A program made the position numbers and the translations under genes. A model generated the notes under the pieces. The model saw only the letters and a list, made by a program, of their open reading frames with translations. It did not search any database and was not told where the DNA came from. Below, piece after piece: positions 8,638-18,840 of a stretch of DNA of 32,000 nucleotides. This DNA comes from Bifidobacterium longum subsp. longum JCM 1217 (GTDB lineage: Bacteria; Actinomycetota; Actinomycetes; Actinomycetales; Bifidobacteriaceae). The first letter of the stretch is position 1. Every line of letters starts with the position of its first letter. The stretch lies in NCBI RefSeq assembly GCF_000196555.1, contig NC_015067.1, positions 150,001 to 182,000 of the forward strand, given 5' to 3'.

Positions 8638-8722
8638 CTGGCTGGCGTTATCGAGTGATTGGCGGTATCAATTAGCCGGCGTTATTGATGAGCCGGTGTT
8701 GTCGATTAGCCAGCGTTATCGA
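8621..8722. repeat. Phased tandem array, 6 x 17 bp, consensus TKRGCCGGCGTTATYGA
   Basis: The units read directly: gggaccggcgttattga / ctggctggcgttatcga / gtgattggcggtatcaa / ttagccggcgttattga / tgagccggtgttgtcga / ttagccagcgttatcga. The period is exactly 17, which is not a multiple of 3. Confidence 0.85.
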
Positions 8723-9056
8723 CCGGCACTGAAGCATGCAGTACCCACTGCCCGCGTTTCTCCCGCACATCCCAATCCCCGTGCGCATGCAGCACACGCT
8801 CCCGATAGTACGCAAGCCCGGAATGCCGCCCCTCAAGCGTCGTGCCACCTTGACGTGGGCGGTCCGTCACATCAATGGTGACGTGGTCCTGAGCGGCGGA
8901 AACCAGCACCACGTAACGCTGCGTCGGATCGGCATACCTGGCGATATTGCCGAACAATTCCCGCAGAAAATCGGCGACAAACACTGTGTCTGAGTTATTC
9001 AGCGCATCGATGCCCCCAGCGACAATAACGTCGCCGACACACCCCATGCGCCGCAA
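8706..9056 (-). pseudogene. Orphan C-terminal HATPase_c fragment of a NarL/DesK-type sensor histidine kinase
   Basis: An N-box-like LRELFGNIARYADP, then VVLVSAAQDHVTIDVTDRP (degenerate G1 box), then HSGLAYYRERVLHAHGDWDV...WVLHASVP. This matches the ATP-binding domain layout. No HisKA_3 or TM region lies upstream, since the dnaK promoter region begins within about 140 nt. The last 5 codons and the stop lie in repeat unit 6. Confidence 0.45.
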
Positions 9057-9191
9057 TCGCGCGCCGCCGCTGGCAAGTCTGATGGCAAGGCTGATGGCGC
9101 GCCCCAGTCACCCCTTGCAGTTTTCTGTATAAGTGGATTTTGGCTCCAAACGCACCACTCCGTCATCGCCGTCAGTCACTCCCACAAAAAA

Positions 9192-9212
9192 CTTGAGCCA
9201 AACATACTCAAC
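9192..9212. promoter_or_regulatory. HAIR operator 1 (HspR-associated inverted repeat)
   Basis: CTTGAGC-CAAACAT-ACTCAAC matches the actinobacterial HAIR consensus CTTGAGT-N7-ACTCAAG at 12/14 positions. It lies 140 nt upstream of dnaK. Confidence 0.75.
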
Positions 9213-9252
9213 TTTTTGTGTTGAAATTGGGAATAGAACTTGCCAAATGGAA

Positions 9253-9273
9253 GTTGAGTGATGTAGGCTCAAG
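9253..9273. promoter_or_regulatory. HAIR operator 2 (HspR-associated inverted repeat)
   Basis: GTTGAGT-GATGTAG-GCTCAAG matches the HAIR consensus at 12/14 positions. It lies 80 nt upstream of dnaK. Confidence 0.75.
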
Positions 9274-9352
9274 TTTGGAAGGTCCAAGAGACGACCAATC
9301 GGAACTTGGGCAAAGAACGTAAGAACAAACGAGTAATTAAGGAGCACACATT

Positions 9353-11232
<1,880 letters not shown>

Positions 11233-11233
<1 letters not shown>

Positions 11234-11889
11234 TGTCCGAGTTCAACAAGGACGACTACCTGAACGACCTGCCGGATCCCTCAGATGCTGAGGCTGCCGC
11301 TCAGGCCTCTTCAGGGGCTGACGCCTCCGCCGAGTCCGGCTCTGCGCAGGATTCGGCTGCCCAGGCTCCTTCCAATGAAGGAGCCGACGCGGCTCCTGCC
11401 GCAGCTGAGGGAGAGAAGACTGGCGAAGGCCAGTCCGATTCCGCAGACACCCTCACCCCGCTCGGCAAGGCCAAGAAGGAAGCCGCAGACTACCTCGAAG
11501 CCCTGCAACGCGAACGTGCGGAGTTCATCAACTACCGCAATCGCACGCAGAAGGAGCAGGAGCGCTTCCGCCAGCACGGCATCATCGACGTGCTGACCGC
11601 GCTGCTGCCCGCCCTCGACGATATCGACCGCATTCGCGAACACAGCGAGATGGACGACTCGTTCAAGGCCGTCGCCACCAAGATTGACAAGGCCTTCGAG
11701 AAGTTCGGTGTCGAGAAGTTCGGCGAAAAGGGCGAGGACTTCGACCCCACCAAGCATGACGCGATCCTGCACAAGCCGGACGCGGATGCCGAAAAGGAAA
11801 CGGTTGACACCGTGGTCGAGGCCGGCTACCGCATCGGCGATCGCGTAATCCGCGCCGCCCGAGTAGTAGTAGCCTCCCCGCAAAACTGA
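11233..11889 (+). CDS. grpE: Nucleotide exchange factor GrpE
   Basis: An acidic, low-complexity N-terminus is followed by the GrpE core (EALQRERAEFINYRNRTQKE...LLPALDDIDR...FDPTKHDA). The ATG overlaps the dnaK TGA (TGATG). The GTG at 11230 is an alternative start. Confidence 0.95.
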
Positions 11890-11922
11890 CATCCAGCTCG
11901 CTGCAATGAGTTGATATTTACC

Positions 11923-11949
11923 TTGGCTCCCCTCTCTGAGGGGAGCCAA
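11923..11949 (+). terminator. Perfect 11-bp hairpin between grpE and dnaJ (intra-operon attenuator/terminator or processing site)
   Basis: The stems TTGGCTCCCCT and AGGGGAGCCAA flank the loop CTCTG. The hairpin is followed by TCATAAAGACTTTT. Confidence 0.5.
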
Positions 11950-11980
11950 TCATAAAGACTTTTCTAGAAAGGAGACATGA

Positions 11981-13000
11981 ATGGCTGAAAACGAATGGCT
12001 CAGCAAAGACTTCTACAAAGTCCTTGGTGTCTCCAAGGACGCTTCGGACGACGACATCAAGAAGGCGTACCGCAAGCTCGCCCGCAAATACCATCCTGAC
12101 GTCAACAAGACCAAGGAAGCCGAGGAGAAGTTCAAGGACATCTCCGAAGCCTATGACGTGCTGAGCAAGAAGGAAGATCGCCAGAAGTACGACGCGATTC
12201 GTCAGTTCGGCATGGGCGGTGCCCGCTTCGCCGGCGGTTCCGGCGGCTTCGATGCTTCCGGTTTCTCCGACATCTTTGGTTCCATGTTCGGCCAGGGTGC
12301 CGGCGGCAATGGCTCGCGCATCCGCTTCTCCACTTCGGGCGGCGGCCCCAACAACATCAACGACATCTTCTCGATGTTCGGCGGTGCTGCAGGTCAGGGC
12401 GGCCAGCCGTATGGCGGCTACGGCCAATCGCCGTACGGCAATGCCGGCGGCTATGGCTATGAGGAGGCCCCGCGCCCCGAAAACGGCGAGGACCGCAACT
12501 CCAAGATCAGCCTGACCCTGCGTCAGGCGGTCAAGGGCGCTACCGTGTCCCTGTCCGTGGACGGCAAGAAGTTCAAGGCCCACGTGCCTGCGGGCGTCAA
12601 GGACGGACAGAAAATCAAGCTGGCCGGCAAGGGCAAGCTAGGCATCAACGGCGGCAAGGCCGGTGACCTGTACCTGCACGTCACCGTCAAGCCCGATGCC
12701 ACATTCTCGATGCGCGGCCATGATATCGTCATGGACCTGCCCGTCACCGTGGGCCAGGCCGTGGCCGGTGGCAAGGTCGAGGCCAAGGATATCGACGGCA
12801 ATCCCGTTACCTTCAAGGTGCCGGCAGGCTCCAGCTCCGGCGCGGAAGTCAAGCTCACGGGACTTGGCGTCCAGCGCAGCAACCAGCCGGGCGATCTGAT
12901 CGGCCGTGTGCAGATCATGGTCCCCGCCAAGCCGGGTCTGGCCGTCAAGCACGCCGCCAAAGAATTCGACGAAAAAGCCGGCGACTATCTCAGCCTGTAA
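11981..13000 (+). CDS. dnaJ: J-domain co-chaperone DnaJ, type II/CbpA-like (no zinc-finger repeat)
   Basis: A J-domain with the HPD motif ([14 protein letters not shown]), a G/F-rich linker and C-terminal substrate-binding domains. No CxxCxGxG repeats are seen. Confidence 0.9.
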   Translation: MAENEWLSKDFYKVLGVSKDASDDDIKKAYRKLARKYHPDVNKTKEAEEKFKDISEAYDVLSKKEDRQKYDAIRQFGMGGARFAGGSGGFDASGFSDIFGSMFGQGAGGNGSRIRFSTSGGGPNNINDIFSMFGGAAGQGGQPYGGYGQSPYGNAGGYGYEEAPRPENGEDRNSKISLTLRQAVKGATVSLSVDGKKFKAHVPAGVKDGQKIKLAGKGKLGINGGKAGDLYLHVTVKPDATFSMRGHDIVMDLPVTVGQAVAGGKVEAKDIDGNPVTFKVPAGSSSGAEVKLTGLGVQRSNQPGDLIGRVQIMVPAKPGLAVKHAAKEFDEKAGDYLSL

Positions 13001-13014
13001 TCAGGAGGTGAACA

Positions 13015-13602
13015 ATGGCGCGGTTAGCCAACCAGATGAAGCAGTTATACGCGATGTGCGCAACCGCGCTCGTGATGGGCAGGGCCGATCTCGACGGAGC
13101 CGATGACGTCGGCTTCGACATCGAACTGCCCATCTTCACCGTCGGCCAGACCGCCGAGTTGGCCAACATTCACCCCCAGACTCTCCGTCAGTACGACCGC
13201 CTCGGTTTGGTTCGTCCGCAGCGCACCGATGGCGGCGCACGCCGCTACTGCCTGCGCGACATTGCCCGCCTGACCCGAGCTCAGCGCCTGAGCCAGGATG
13301 AGGGCATCAACCTTTCCGGTATCGCGCGCATTTTGGTCCTCGAAGAAGAGAATCGCCAACTGCGCCGCGAAGTCAAACGCATGCAAACCGGCGACCAGGA
13401 GAGCGTTTTCGCCGCAGGCCGTGACGGCAATATCGTGGAGATACAACGCTCCAACCGCGCCCGCCTCTGGCGCAACGCCATCCGCCGCGAAACCCGCGAA
13501 CTGCCCGGCCGCGATACTGCCGCCGATATCGCTGCCGGCGCCACCGGCGACTCCAACTACACTCCCGCCGACTCCAAGTCCATGGTCCTGTGGGGTTGGT
13601 GA
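13015..13602 (+). CDS. hspR: MerR-family heat-shock repressor HspR
   Basis: A MerR HTH (FTVGQTAELANIHPQTLRQYDRLGLVRPQRTDGGARRY) as the last gene of the dnaK operon. An AGGAGG RBS lies upstream, and cognate HAIR sites are present upstream of dnaK. Confidence 0.9.
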   Translation: MARLANQMKQLYAMCATALVMGRADLDGADDVGFDIELPIFTVGQTAELANIHPQTLRQYDRLGLVRPQRTDGGARRYCLRDIARLTRAQRLSQDEGINLSGIARILVLEEENRQLRREVKRMQTGDQESVFAAGRDGNIVEIQRSNRARLWRNAIRRETRELPGRDTAADIAAGATGDSNYTPADSKSMVLWGW

Positions 13603-13689
13603 GTCTGGCCGCATTGCTTCGATTCCTTCTCCATTCGTAAAACTGTTTGTTATCTCACATCGGGCAGCTGCCGAAAAGCACGAATCTTC

Positions 13690-13718
13690 TTGACGGAGAT
13701 GTCAAGGTTTGTTACGGT
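13690..13718 (+). promoter_or_regulatory. Candidate sigma-70-type promoter for the riboswitch-led operon
   Basis: TTGACG (13690..13695), a 17-nt spacer, then TACGGT (13713..13718). It lies about 12 nt upstream of the aptamer P1 stem. Confidence 0.3.
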
Positions 13719-13727
13719 GACGTGCGA

Positions 13728-13816
13728 AAACCGATTCGTAAGGGGTGCTTTAGGCTGAGACGGTATGTGCCGAACCCTTCGAACCTGTGAGCTAACACTC
13801 GCGTAGGGAATGCGAC
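13728..13816 (+). promoter_or_regulatory. TPP (THI-box) riboswitch aptamer
   Basis: All invariant blocks are present in the right order and spacing: GGGGTGC (13742..13748), GCTGAGA (13754..13760), a P3 hairpin CGG-TATGTG-CCG, AACCC (13773..13777), GAACCTG (13781..13787), a P5 stem GAG/CTC, and GCGTAGGGAA (13801..13810). P1 pairs about 13732..13737 with 13808..13814. Confidence 0.85.
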
Positions 13817-13874
13817 GGTTGAACTCCTCTGTTCGGCTCGGCATCCCATATGCGCGTTGAGAGAGAGGAAGCGT

Positions 13875-15227
13875 ATGTCAATACGCAAGGAGCTGACCGC
13901 CCAGAACGTACTGCTGGGTTTCCAGCATGTGCTTGTTTCCAACGTCTGGCTTGATCCGGTGTTTGTGGCCGGAGCAATCGGCTTACCTATTGCCCTGTCG
14001 TCGAACATGATTAACGCCATCTTCATCGTCTCTGGTCTGGTTACTTTGGTTCAGGCCACTCGGCTGGTTCGCCTGCCGGTGGTGCAGGGGCCGTCAGCCG
14101 CGTTTGACGCGTTGATGATCGCGGCAGGTACGGCCGGCATGCTGGGGGCGGCGAGTTCGTCCATTCTCATCGCTTCGCTTGTGTTCCTGTTGCTGTGCCT
14201 GACCGGTGTGATAGAGCGGATGCGGTTCCTGTTCTCTCCGATGATTTCGGGCGTGGTCATCTTTATGGTCGGTGTCTCGCTGTCTGGATTCACGCTGAGC
14301 GAGTTTCTAGGCGGGGCTCCCGGCGACAAGACGTTCGCCGATCCGCACATCCTGACCGTGTCGATTCTGACCACGGCGATTGTGCTTGTCCTGTCGTTGC
14401 TCGGCAAGGGCCTGCTCAAGTCGTTCTCATTCCTCATCGCGCTCGTCGTCGGCACCGTGGTCGCCGCAGCGTTTGGCATGGTGGACTTCTCTCCTGTGGC
14501 ATCCAAGGGATGGTTGGGCCTGCCGACCTTCCTGCCCTACGGTCCGTTCACATTTGACTGGAAGATCTTCATCCCGTTCTTCATTGCCTACATGGTTGCC
14601 GTCATGGAAGCTCTCGGCGTCTATCAGGCGGCTTCTGAGATTCAGGGCACGTCCCTCGAACGCAAGCAGGTGCGCTACGGTCTTGCCGGCGAGGCGGCCG
14701 GTTCAGCCATTTCCTCGCTGATTGGTGGATTCACCACCACCGCCTACCCGCAAAATGTCGGCCTGCTCAACCTGACCGGCGAAGGCAAGTTGCGCACGCG
14801 CACGCCTGTGATCATCGCCGCTGTGCTGTTGCTGATTCTGGGCTTCGTGCCAAAGGCGGGCGCGTTGCTGTCCGTCATTCCCTCGGCAGTCGTCGGAGGC
14901 ATTTTCCTGCCGGCTGCGGCCAGCCTAATCGTGACCGGCCTGCGCGCCCTGCGCAAGGTCGCTGATGACGAGCGCCGTCAAACGGTCATCGGCATGTCTC
15001 TGTTGCTCGGCATCGCCCTGCCCAAGGCGCTCTCCGGCCTGACCGGCGGCGCAAGCGTGTTCTTTGGCAACAACATCATGGTCGGTGTATTCAGCGCCAT
15101 CATTCTCAATGCGCTTTTCGTCGCTCTTCCGGATTTGGTGGCGAAGCATCGTGCGCCGGCGTCCGTGGATGTTCCAGCAGCCGATCCGGCGGATGGGACT
15201 GGCGCTGCGGCGTACGATGAACGATAA
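13875..15227 (+). CDS. NCS2-family (xanthine/uracil-type) nucleobase-like permease
   Basis: A polytopic membrane protein with the NCS2 N-terminal signature (LLGFQHVLV), GGF..TAYPQNVGL and about 12-14 hydrophobic segments. I prefer the ATG at 13875, after GAGAGAGGAAG, over the TTG at 13857. Confidence 0.85.
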   Translation: MSIRKELTAQNVLLGFQHVLVSNVWLDPVFVAGAIGLPIALSSNMINAIFIVSGLVTLVQATRLVRLPVVQGPSAAFDALMIAAGTAGMLGAASSSILIASLVFLLLCLTGVIERMRFLFSPMISGVVIFMVGVSLSGFTLSEFLGGAPGDKTFADPHILTVSILTTAIVLVLSLLGKGLLKSFSFLIALVVGTVVAAAFGMVDFSPVASKGWLGLPTFLPYGPFTFDWKIFIPFFIAYMVAVMEALGVYQAASEIQGTSLERKQVRYGLAGEAAGSAISSLIGGFTTTAYPQNVGLLNLTGEGKLRTRTPVIIAAVLLLILGFVPKAGALLSVIPSAVVGGIFLPAAASLIVTGLRALRKVADDERRQTVIGMSLLLGIALPKALSGLTGGASVFFGNNIMVGVFSAIILNALFVALPDLVAKHRAPASVDVPAADPADGTGAAAYDER

Positions 15228-15263
15228 TGCTGGTTGATATTGGATATTGACAGGAGCGATGCA

Positions 15264-16385
15264 ATGACTGATGTGATGGATGACGCGCGTCGTATCAAGC
15301 GCGGGATTCTGGATTTTATCCATACCTATGGCTGTGAGCAGGCCCCGGAAGAGGCGTTTGGTGCGTTGGCGCGCGACGTGTTCATCTATCAGTACACGTA
15401 TGATCTGCCGTACCGTCGTTACTGCGCGGCTAAACGCGTCACCCCCGCAACGCTCAAGGATTGGCGGGAGATTCCGCCGATGCCGGTGGACGGGTTCAAG
15501 CACCTTGACCTTTCGACCATACCGACCGAGCAGTGCGAAGCCGTATTCATGACGAGCGGAACCACGCATGGCGGCAAGATGCGTGGGCGCAACTTCCATC
15601 CCGATCTTGAGGTGTGGGATGAATCAATGATTGTGCCGTTCCGTCATTTCATCATGCCGGATCGAGAGCGTATCCGCATCGCCGTGATTTCGCCGGCATG
15701 GGACATGAACCAGAACTCCTCCCTGTCGCGCTACCTTACCAAGGCCGTGGAGTGCTGCGGCAGCGAAGGCAGCGGTGTGTTCTTCGACGAGCATGGACTC
15801 AAGTTCGATGAAATCATCGCCTTCCTTAACCGTGCGGTGTCTGACGGTGAACCGGTGATGCTGATGGGTGTCTCGTCGTCCTATCTGTATCTGTTCGATT
15901 ACCTGCATGAGCATGATCTGACGTTCGCGCTGGCCCCCGATAGCCGGTTGTTCGACACTGGCGGCTTCAAGAGCACTAAGCGCGACATCACCGAAGACCA
16001 GATGCTTGATGAGCTGGAACAGACACTGGGGGTGCCGCGCCACCACTGCGTCAACATGTATGGCATGACCGAGTTGAGCTCGCAGATCTATGACCAAAAT
16101 ATTCTGTCGTGGTATACGGATGGCACCAGCAACTATCTCAAGGCGAACCCCGCCTGGGTGCGCACGGTCTTCCTCGATCCGGAAACGCTGACTCCCGTCA
16201 AGGATGGTGAGACCGGTGTGATAGCCCATTACGACCTTGCCAATTGGAATTCATGCATCGGTATTCTGACCGAGGACCTCGGCCATCGGACCCCGGACGG
16301 ATTCCTGCTGCAGGGCAGGGCGAAGGGAGCCGAGGCTCGTGGGTGCTCAATCGCGGTAGACGAGGTCATCAGTGCCAACCGTTGA
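15264..16385 (+). CDS. LuxE-family acyl-protein synthetase (adenylate-forming carboxylate activase)
   Basis: LuxE/PaaK-like blocks are present: IPPMPVDGFK, FMTSGTTHG (P-loop analogue of SSGTTG), FDTGGFKS, NMYGMTELSSQIY, HYDLANWNSC, LQGRAKGAEARGCS. The ATG at 15264 lies 7 nt after an AGGAG RBS. The gap after the permease stop is 36 nt. Confidence 0.75.
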   Translation: MTDVMDDARRIKRGILDFIHTYGCEQAPEEAFGALARDVFIYQYTYDLPYRRYCAAKRVTPATLKDWREIPPMPVDGFKHLDLSTIPTEQCEAVFMTSGTTHGGKMRGRNFHPDLEVWDESMIVPFRHFIMPDRERIRIAVISPAWDMNQNSSLSRYLTKAVECCGSEGSGVFFDEHGLKFDEIIAFLNRAVSDGEPVMLMGVSSSYLYLFDYLHEHDLTFALAPDSRLFDTGGFKSTKRDITEDQMLDELEQTLGVPRHHCVNMYGMTELSSQIYDQNILSWYTDGTSNYLKANPAWVRTVFLDPETLTPVKDGETGVIAHYDLANWNSCIGILTEDLGHRTPDGFLLQGRAKGAEARGCSIAVDEVISANR

Positions 16386-17871
16386 TGAATCCGTGAGTCA
16401 GGCCATTGATGTCTTCCACCTGCCCTCGGGAGTGGATGTTTCGGATTACGAAATCTATGAGGTCGCCACATCGGATGGGGTGAAGCGTTTGCGCTATCCG
16501 CGACTGGATGGCTCAAAGGTGACTTCCCTTGCCAAGCAGCTTGTCGATGTTCGCAACCGCACGCTTGCCGCGATGAGTGTCAACGATATTCTCGACATCG
16601 TGGCCGACGCGGCCCAACTATGGGCCGATCCGGATTTTGAGCTGCGGCGTCAGGCTGAACTGCTGATTCCCGCAATCACCGGATATGAGCCTGACATGGT
16701 GCGGATTGAGCTCAAACGGTATATGCGCCAGTTCAGGCGTCGTGAACTGCTCCGGTTCCTTGACTCCGAAATCGGTCAGCCGTCTATGCTCGACGAATTC
16801 CGGCCGAACAAGGCGGGGGGATACTCTAAATATGTGGGCCCAGCGCTCACCTATCAGGTGTTCTCCAGCAATGTGCCGGGGATTCCCGTGTGGAGCATGG
16901 CGATGACCCTGCTGGTCAAAGGCGCGATTCTTGGCAAATCTTCATTTTCCGAGCCGGTGATGCCTGCGTTCTTTGCTCGCAGCATTGCGATGGTCAATTC
17001 CGACCTCGCTGATGCCATTGCGGTGGTTCCATGGAAGGGCGGCTCGCAGCAGCTCGAGGATTCAGCCATCGATGCGGCCGATGCCGTGATTGTTTACGGT
17101 TCTTCGCAGACTACCAAATTGATTGCGGGCAAAGTCGCCGGGTCCAAGCCCTGTCTAGGTTACGGAGCAAAAGTCGGGTTGGCGTTCATTGGCCGAGAGG
17201 CTTTGCGTCCTGATACCTATGCCGATACCGTGCATCGTGTGGCTGTTGACATCGCCACATATGACCAGCAAAGCTGCCTGGCTCCGCAGACCGTGTTCGT
17301 GGAGACTGATGGAGCCCTCACCCCTCGTGAAGTGGCTCAGCTGCTCGGTGGCGAGCTTGAGAATCAGCAGCGCAAATATCCGCGCTCCGTATTGAGTGAC
17401 GCCGAGAACGTGGCCATTCAGCGGGCGCGCACCGACGCTGAGATGAGAGCCTTGATGGGCGGGAAGGCCGCGGTGTTCGCCAGTGGCCATAGCACGGCAT
17501 GGTCGGTGCTGTATCGAGAACTTGACGGTAGCGGTGCCGACGAGGATGTTGCTTCGCTGATGTCGCCGTTGAACCGCACCGTCAACGTGGTGGCGGTGCC
17601 AGATTTGTTGGACGCTGCCAGAAGACTGACTTCCTGCCGTGGCTGGCTGCAGAGCTGCGGTGTCGCTGTGGATTCAACCAGACTGTTTGGTCTTGCAGAT
17701 ACATTGGCCGAGGTCGGTGTGAATCGCATCTGTCCGCTCGGTGAGATGGATCGGGCGAAATCCGGCTGGCATCATGATGGGGGCTTCAACCTCATCGATC
17801 TGTTGCGCGCGGTGGATGTCGAACGCGGCAGCGACGCGTACAGCGATTCGTTCGATATGGATATGGAATAG
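16372..17871 (+). CDS. LuxC-family acyl-CoA/acyl-protein reductase (aldehyde-forming, ALDH superfamily)
   Basis: LuxC-type blocks are present: SSNVPGIPVWSMAMTLLVKGAILGKSS, VVPWKGG, a catalytic-Cys block YDQQSCLAPQTVFVE, WLQSCGV, and GVNRICPLGEMDRAKSGWHHDGG. The GTG start overlaps the LuxE-like stop by 14 nt, suggesting translational coupling. Confidence 0.75.
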   Translation: MPTVDESVSQAIDVFHLPSGVDVSDYEIYEVATSDGVKRLRYPRLDGSKVTSLAKQLVDVRNRTLAAMSVNDILDIVADAAQLWADPDFELRRQAELLIPAITGYEPDMVRIELKRYMRQFRRRELLRFLDSEIGQPSMLDEFRPNKAGGYSKYVGPALTYQVFSSNVPGIPVWSMAMTLLVKGAILGKSSFSEPVMPAFFARSIAMVNSDLADAIAVVPWKGGSQQLEDSAIDAADAVIVYGSSQTTKLIAGKVAGSKPCLGYGAKVGLAFIGREALRPDTYADTVHRVAVDIATYDQQSCLAPQTVFVETDGALTPREVAQLLGGELENQQRKYPRSVLSDAENVAIQRARTDAEMRALMGGKAAVFASGHSTAWSVLYRELDGSGADEDVASLMSPLNRTVNVVAVPDLLDAARRLTSCRGWLQSCGVAVDSTRLFGLADTLAEVGVNRICPLGEMDRAKSGWHHDGGFNLIDLLRAVDVERGSDAYSDSFDMDME

Positions 17872-17924
17872 GCCTGTGCTGTTGCGGGCAGCAGAGGCTG
17901 GTAGCAGGGCGAAAGGCAAGGGTA

Positions 17925-18728
17925 ATGACAGAGCAAAGCGATATGGCACGGCGTCCAATGGTGAATCTGGATGGCAGAACAGCGATCATCACCGGTTCCG
18001 GCAAGGGCATAGGAGCGGCTGTGGCGAAATGCCTGGCATCGCACGGAGCCGCTGTCGTCATCAATTACGTACATGACGCCGCCAGCGCGCAGCGCACCGT
18101 TGAAGACATCCACTCGCTGGGAGGCTTGGCTATAGCTGTACAGGCGGATGTTTGCGATGAATCGCAATCTTCCAAGCTAGTGGGTACCGCTGTCGACTCA
18201 TTCGGCGGCGTGGACATCTTAGTGAATAATGCTTTCGGACGCTTCTCCTTTGACCCGCGTCGCCGTTCCACTTTTGCTGGAGGCGATTGGGATGAGTTTA
18301 GCGCACAGATCGAGGGATGCCTGCATGGTGCATATCTGATGTGCTCACATGTGGTGCCGCTGATGCGAGCCCAGACCTCCGGGCGTATCATCAACATCTC
18401 CAGCAATCTGGTCGATTCGCCCATCGTGCCCTACCATTCGTATATCACTGCCAAAGGCGGCTTGGTCGGCATGACCCGCTCTCTGGCCCAGGAGCTGGGC
18501 GGCTTCGGCATTACCGTTAATGCCATTGCCGCAGGTTTGACGGCCGGAACCGCATCCAGCGCAGCCACCACCGAGGATGTTCGTGAACGAATCATTGCCA
18601 TGACGCCTCTTGGCCGCCTTGCCCGTCCCGATGACATCGCCGGAGGGGTCGCGTTGTTGGCGTCCGACATGGCCGGCTTCATTACCGGACAATGTCTGCA
18701 CGTCGATGGTGGGCTGACCATGCGCTGA
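17925..18728 (+). CDS. Short-chain dehydrogenase/reductase (FabG-like)
   Basis: A classical SDR: TGSGKGIG Rossmann motif, NNAF, catalytic YxxxK (YITAKGG), and VNAIAAG. The gap after the LuxC-like stop is 53 nt. Confidence 0.9.
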   Translation: MTEQSDMARRPMVNLDGRTAIITGSGKGIGAAVAKCLASHGAAVVINYVHDAASAQRTVEDIHSLGGLAIAVQADVCDESQSSKLVGTAVDSFGGVDILVNNAFGRFSFDPRRRSTFAGGDWDEFSAQIEGCLHGAYLMCSHVVPLMRAQTSGRIINISSNLVDSPIVPYHSYITAKGGLVGMTRSLAQELGGFGITVNAIAAGLTAGTASSAATTEDVRERIIAMTPLGRLARPDDIAGGVALLASDMAGFITGQCLHVDGGLTMR

Positions 18729-18840
18729 GGCGCAGGGGCGGTGTGCTGACGCGCTATGGTTGTCGCATCCGATTGGTGCAATGGAATGCAGCAAGAGTAA
18801 AGGCGCCAATTGGCGTGCGGGCATGTGGACGGAGGTAACT

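Noticed and set aside
8621-8722. The 17-bp array as a CRISPR array
   Set aside because: The units are contiguous with no spacers, are much shorter than CRISPR repeats, and there are no cas genes in the window.
8377-9126. An exact 13-nt direct repeat TTGCAGTTTTCTG at 8377..8389 and 9114..9126, flanking the junk segment, as possible target-site duplication or excision scar
   Set aside because: Several exact 13-mer coincidences are expected by chance in a 32-kb window. There are no inverted terminal repeats or transposase remnants between the copies, and the first copy is simply part of the GH31 terminator hairpin.
18729-18840. The palindrome CGCCAATTGGCG (about 18803..18814) between the SDR and HAD genes as a terminator separating the HAD gene from the riboswitch operon
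   Set aside because: The stem has no loop and no U-tract, so it is unlikely to terminate transcription. Whether the HAD gene belongs to the operon is left open rather than decided from this.
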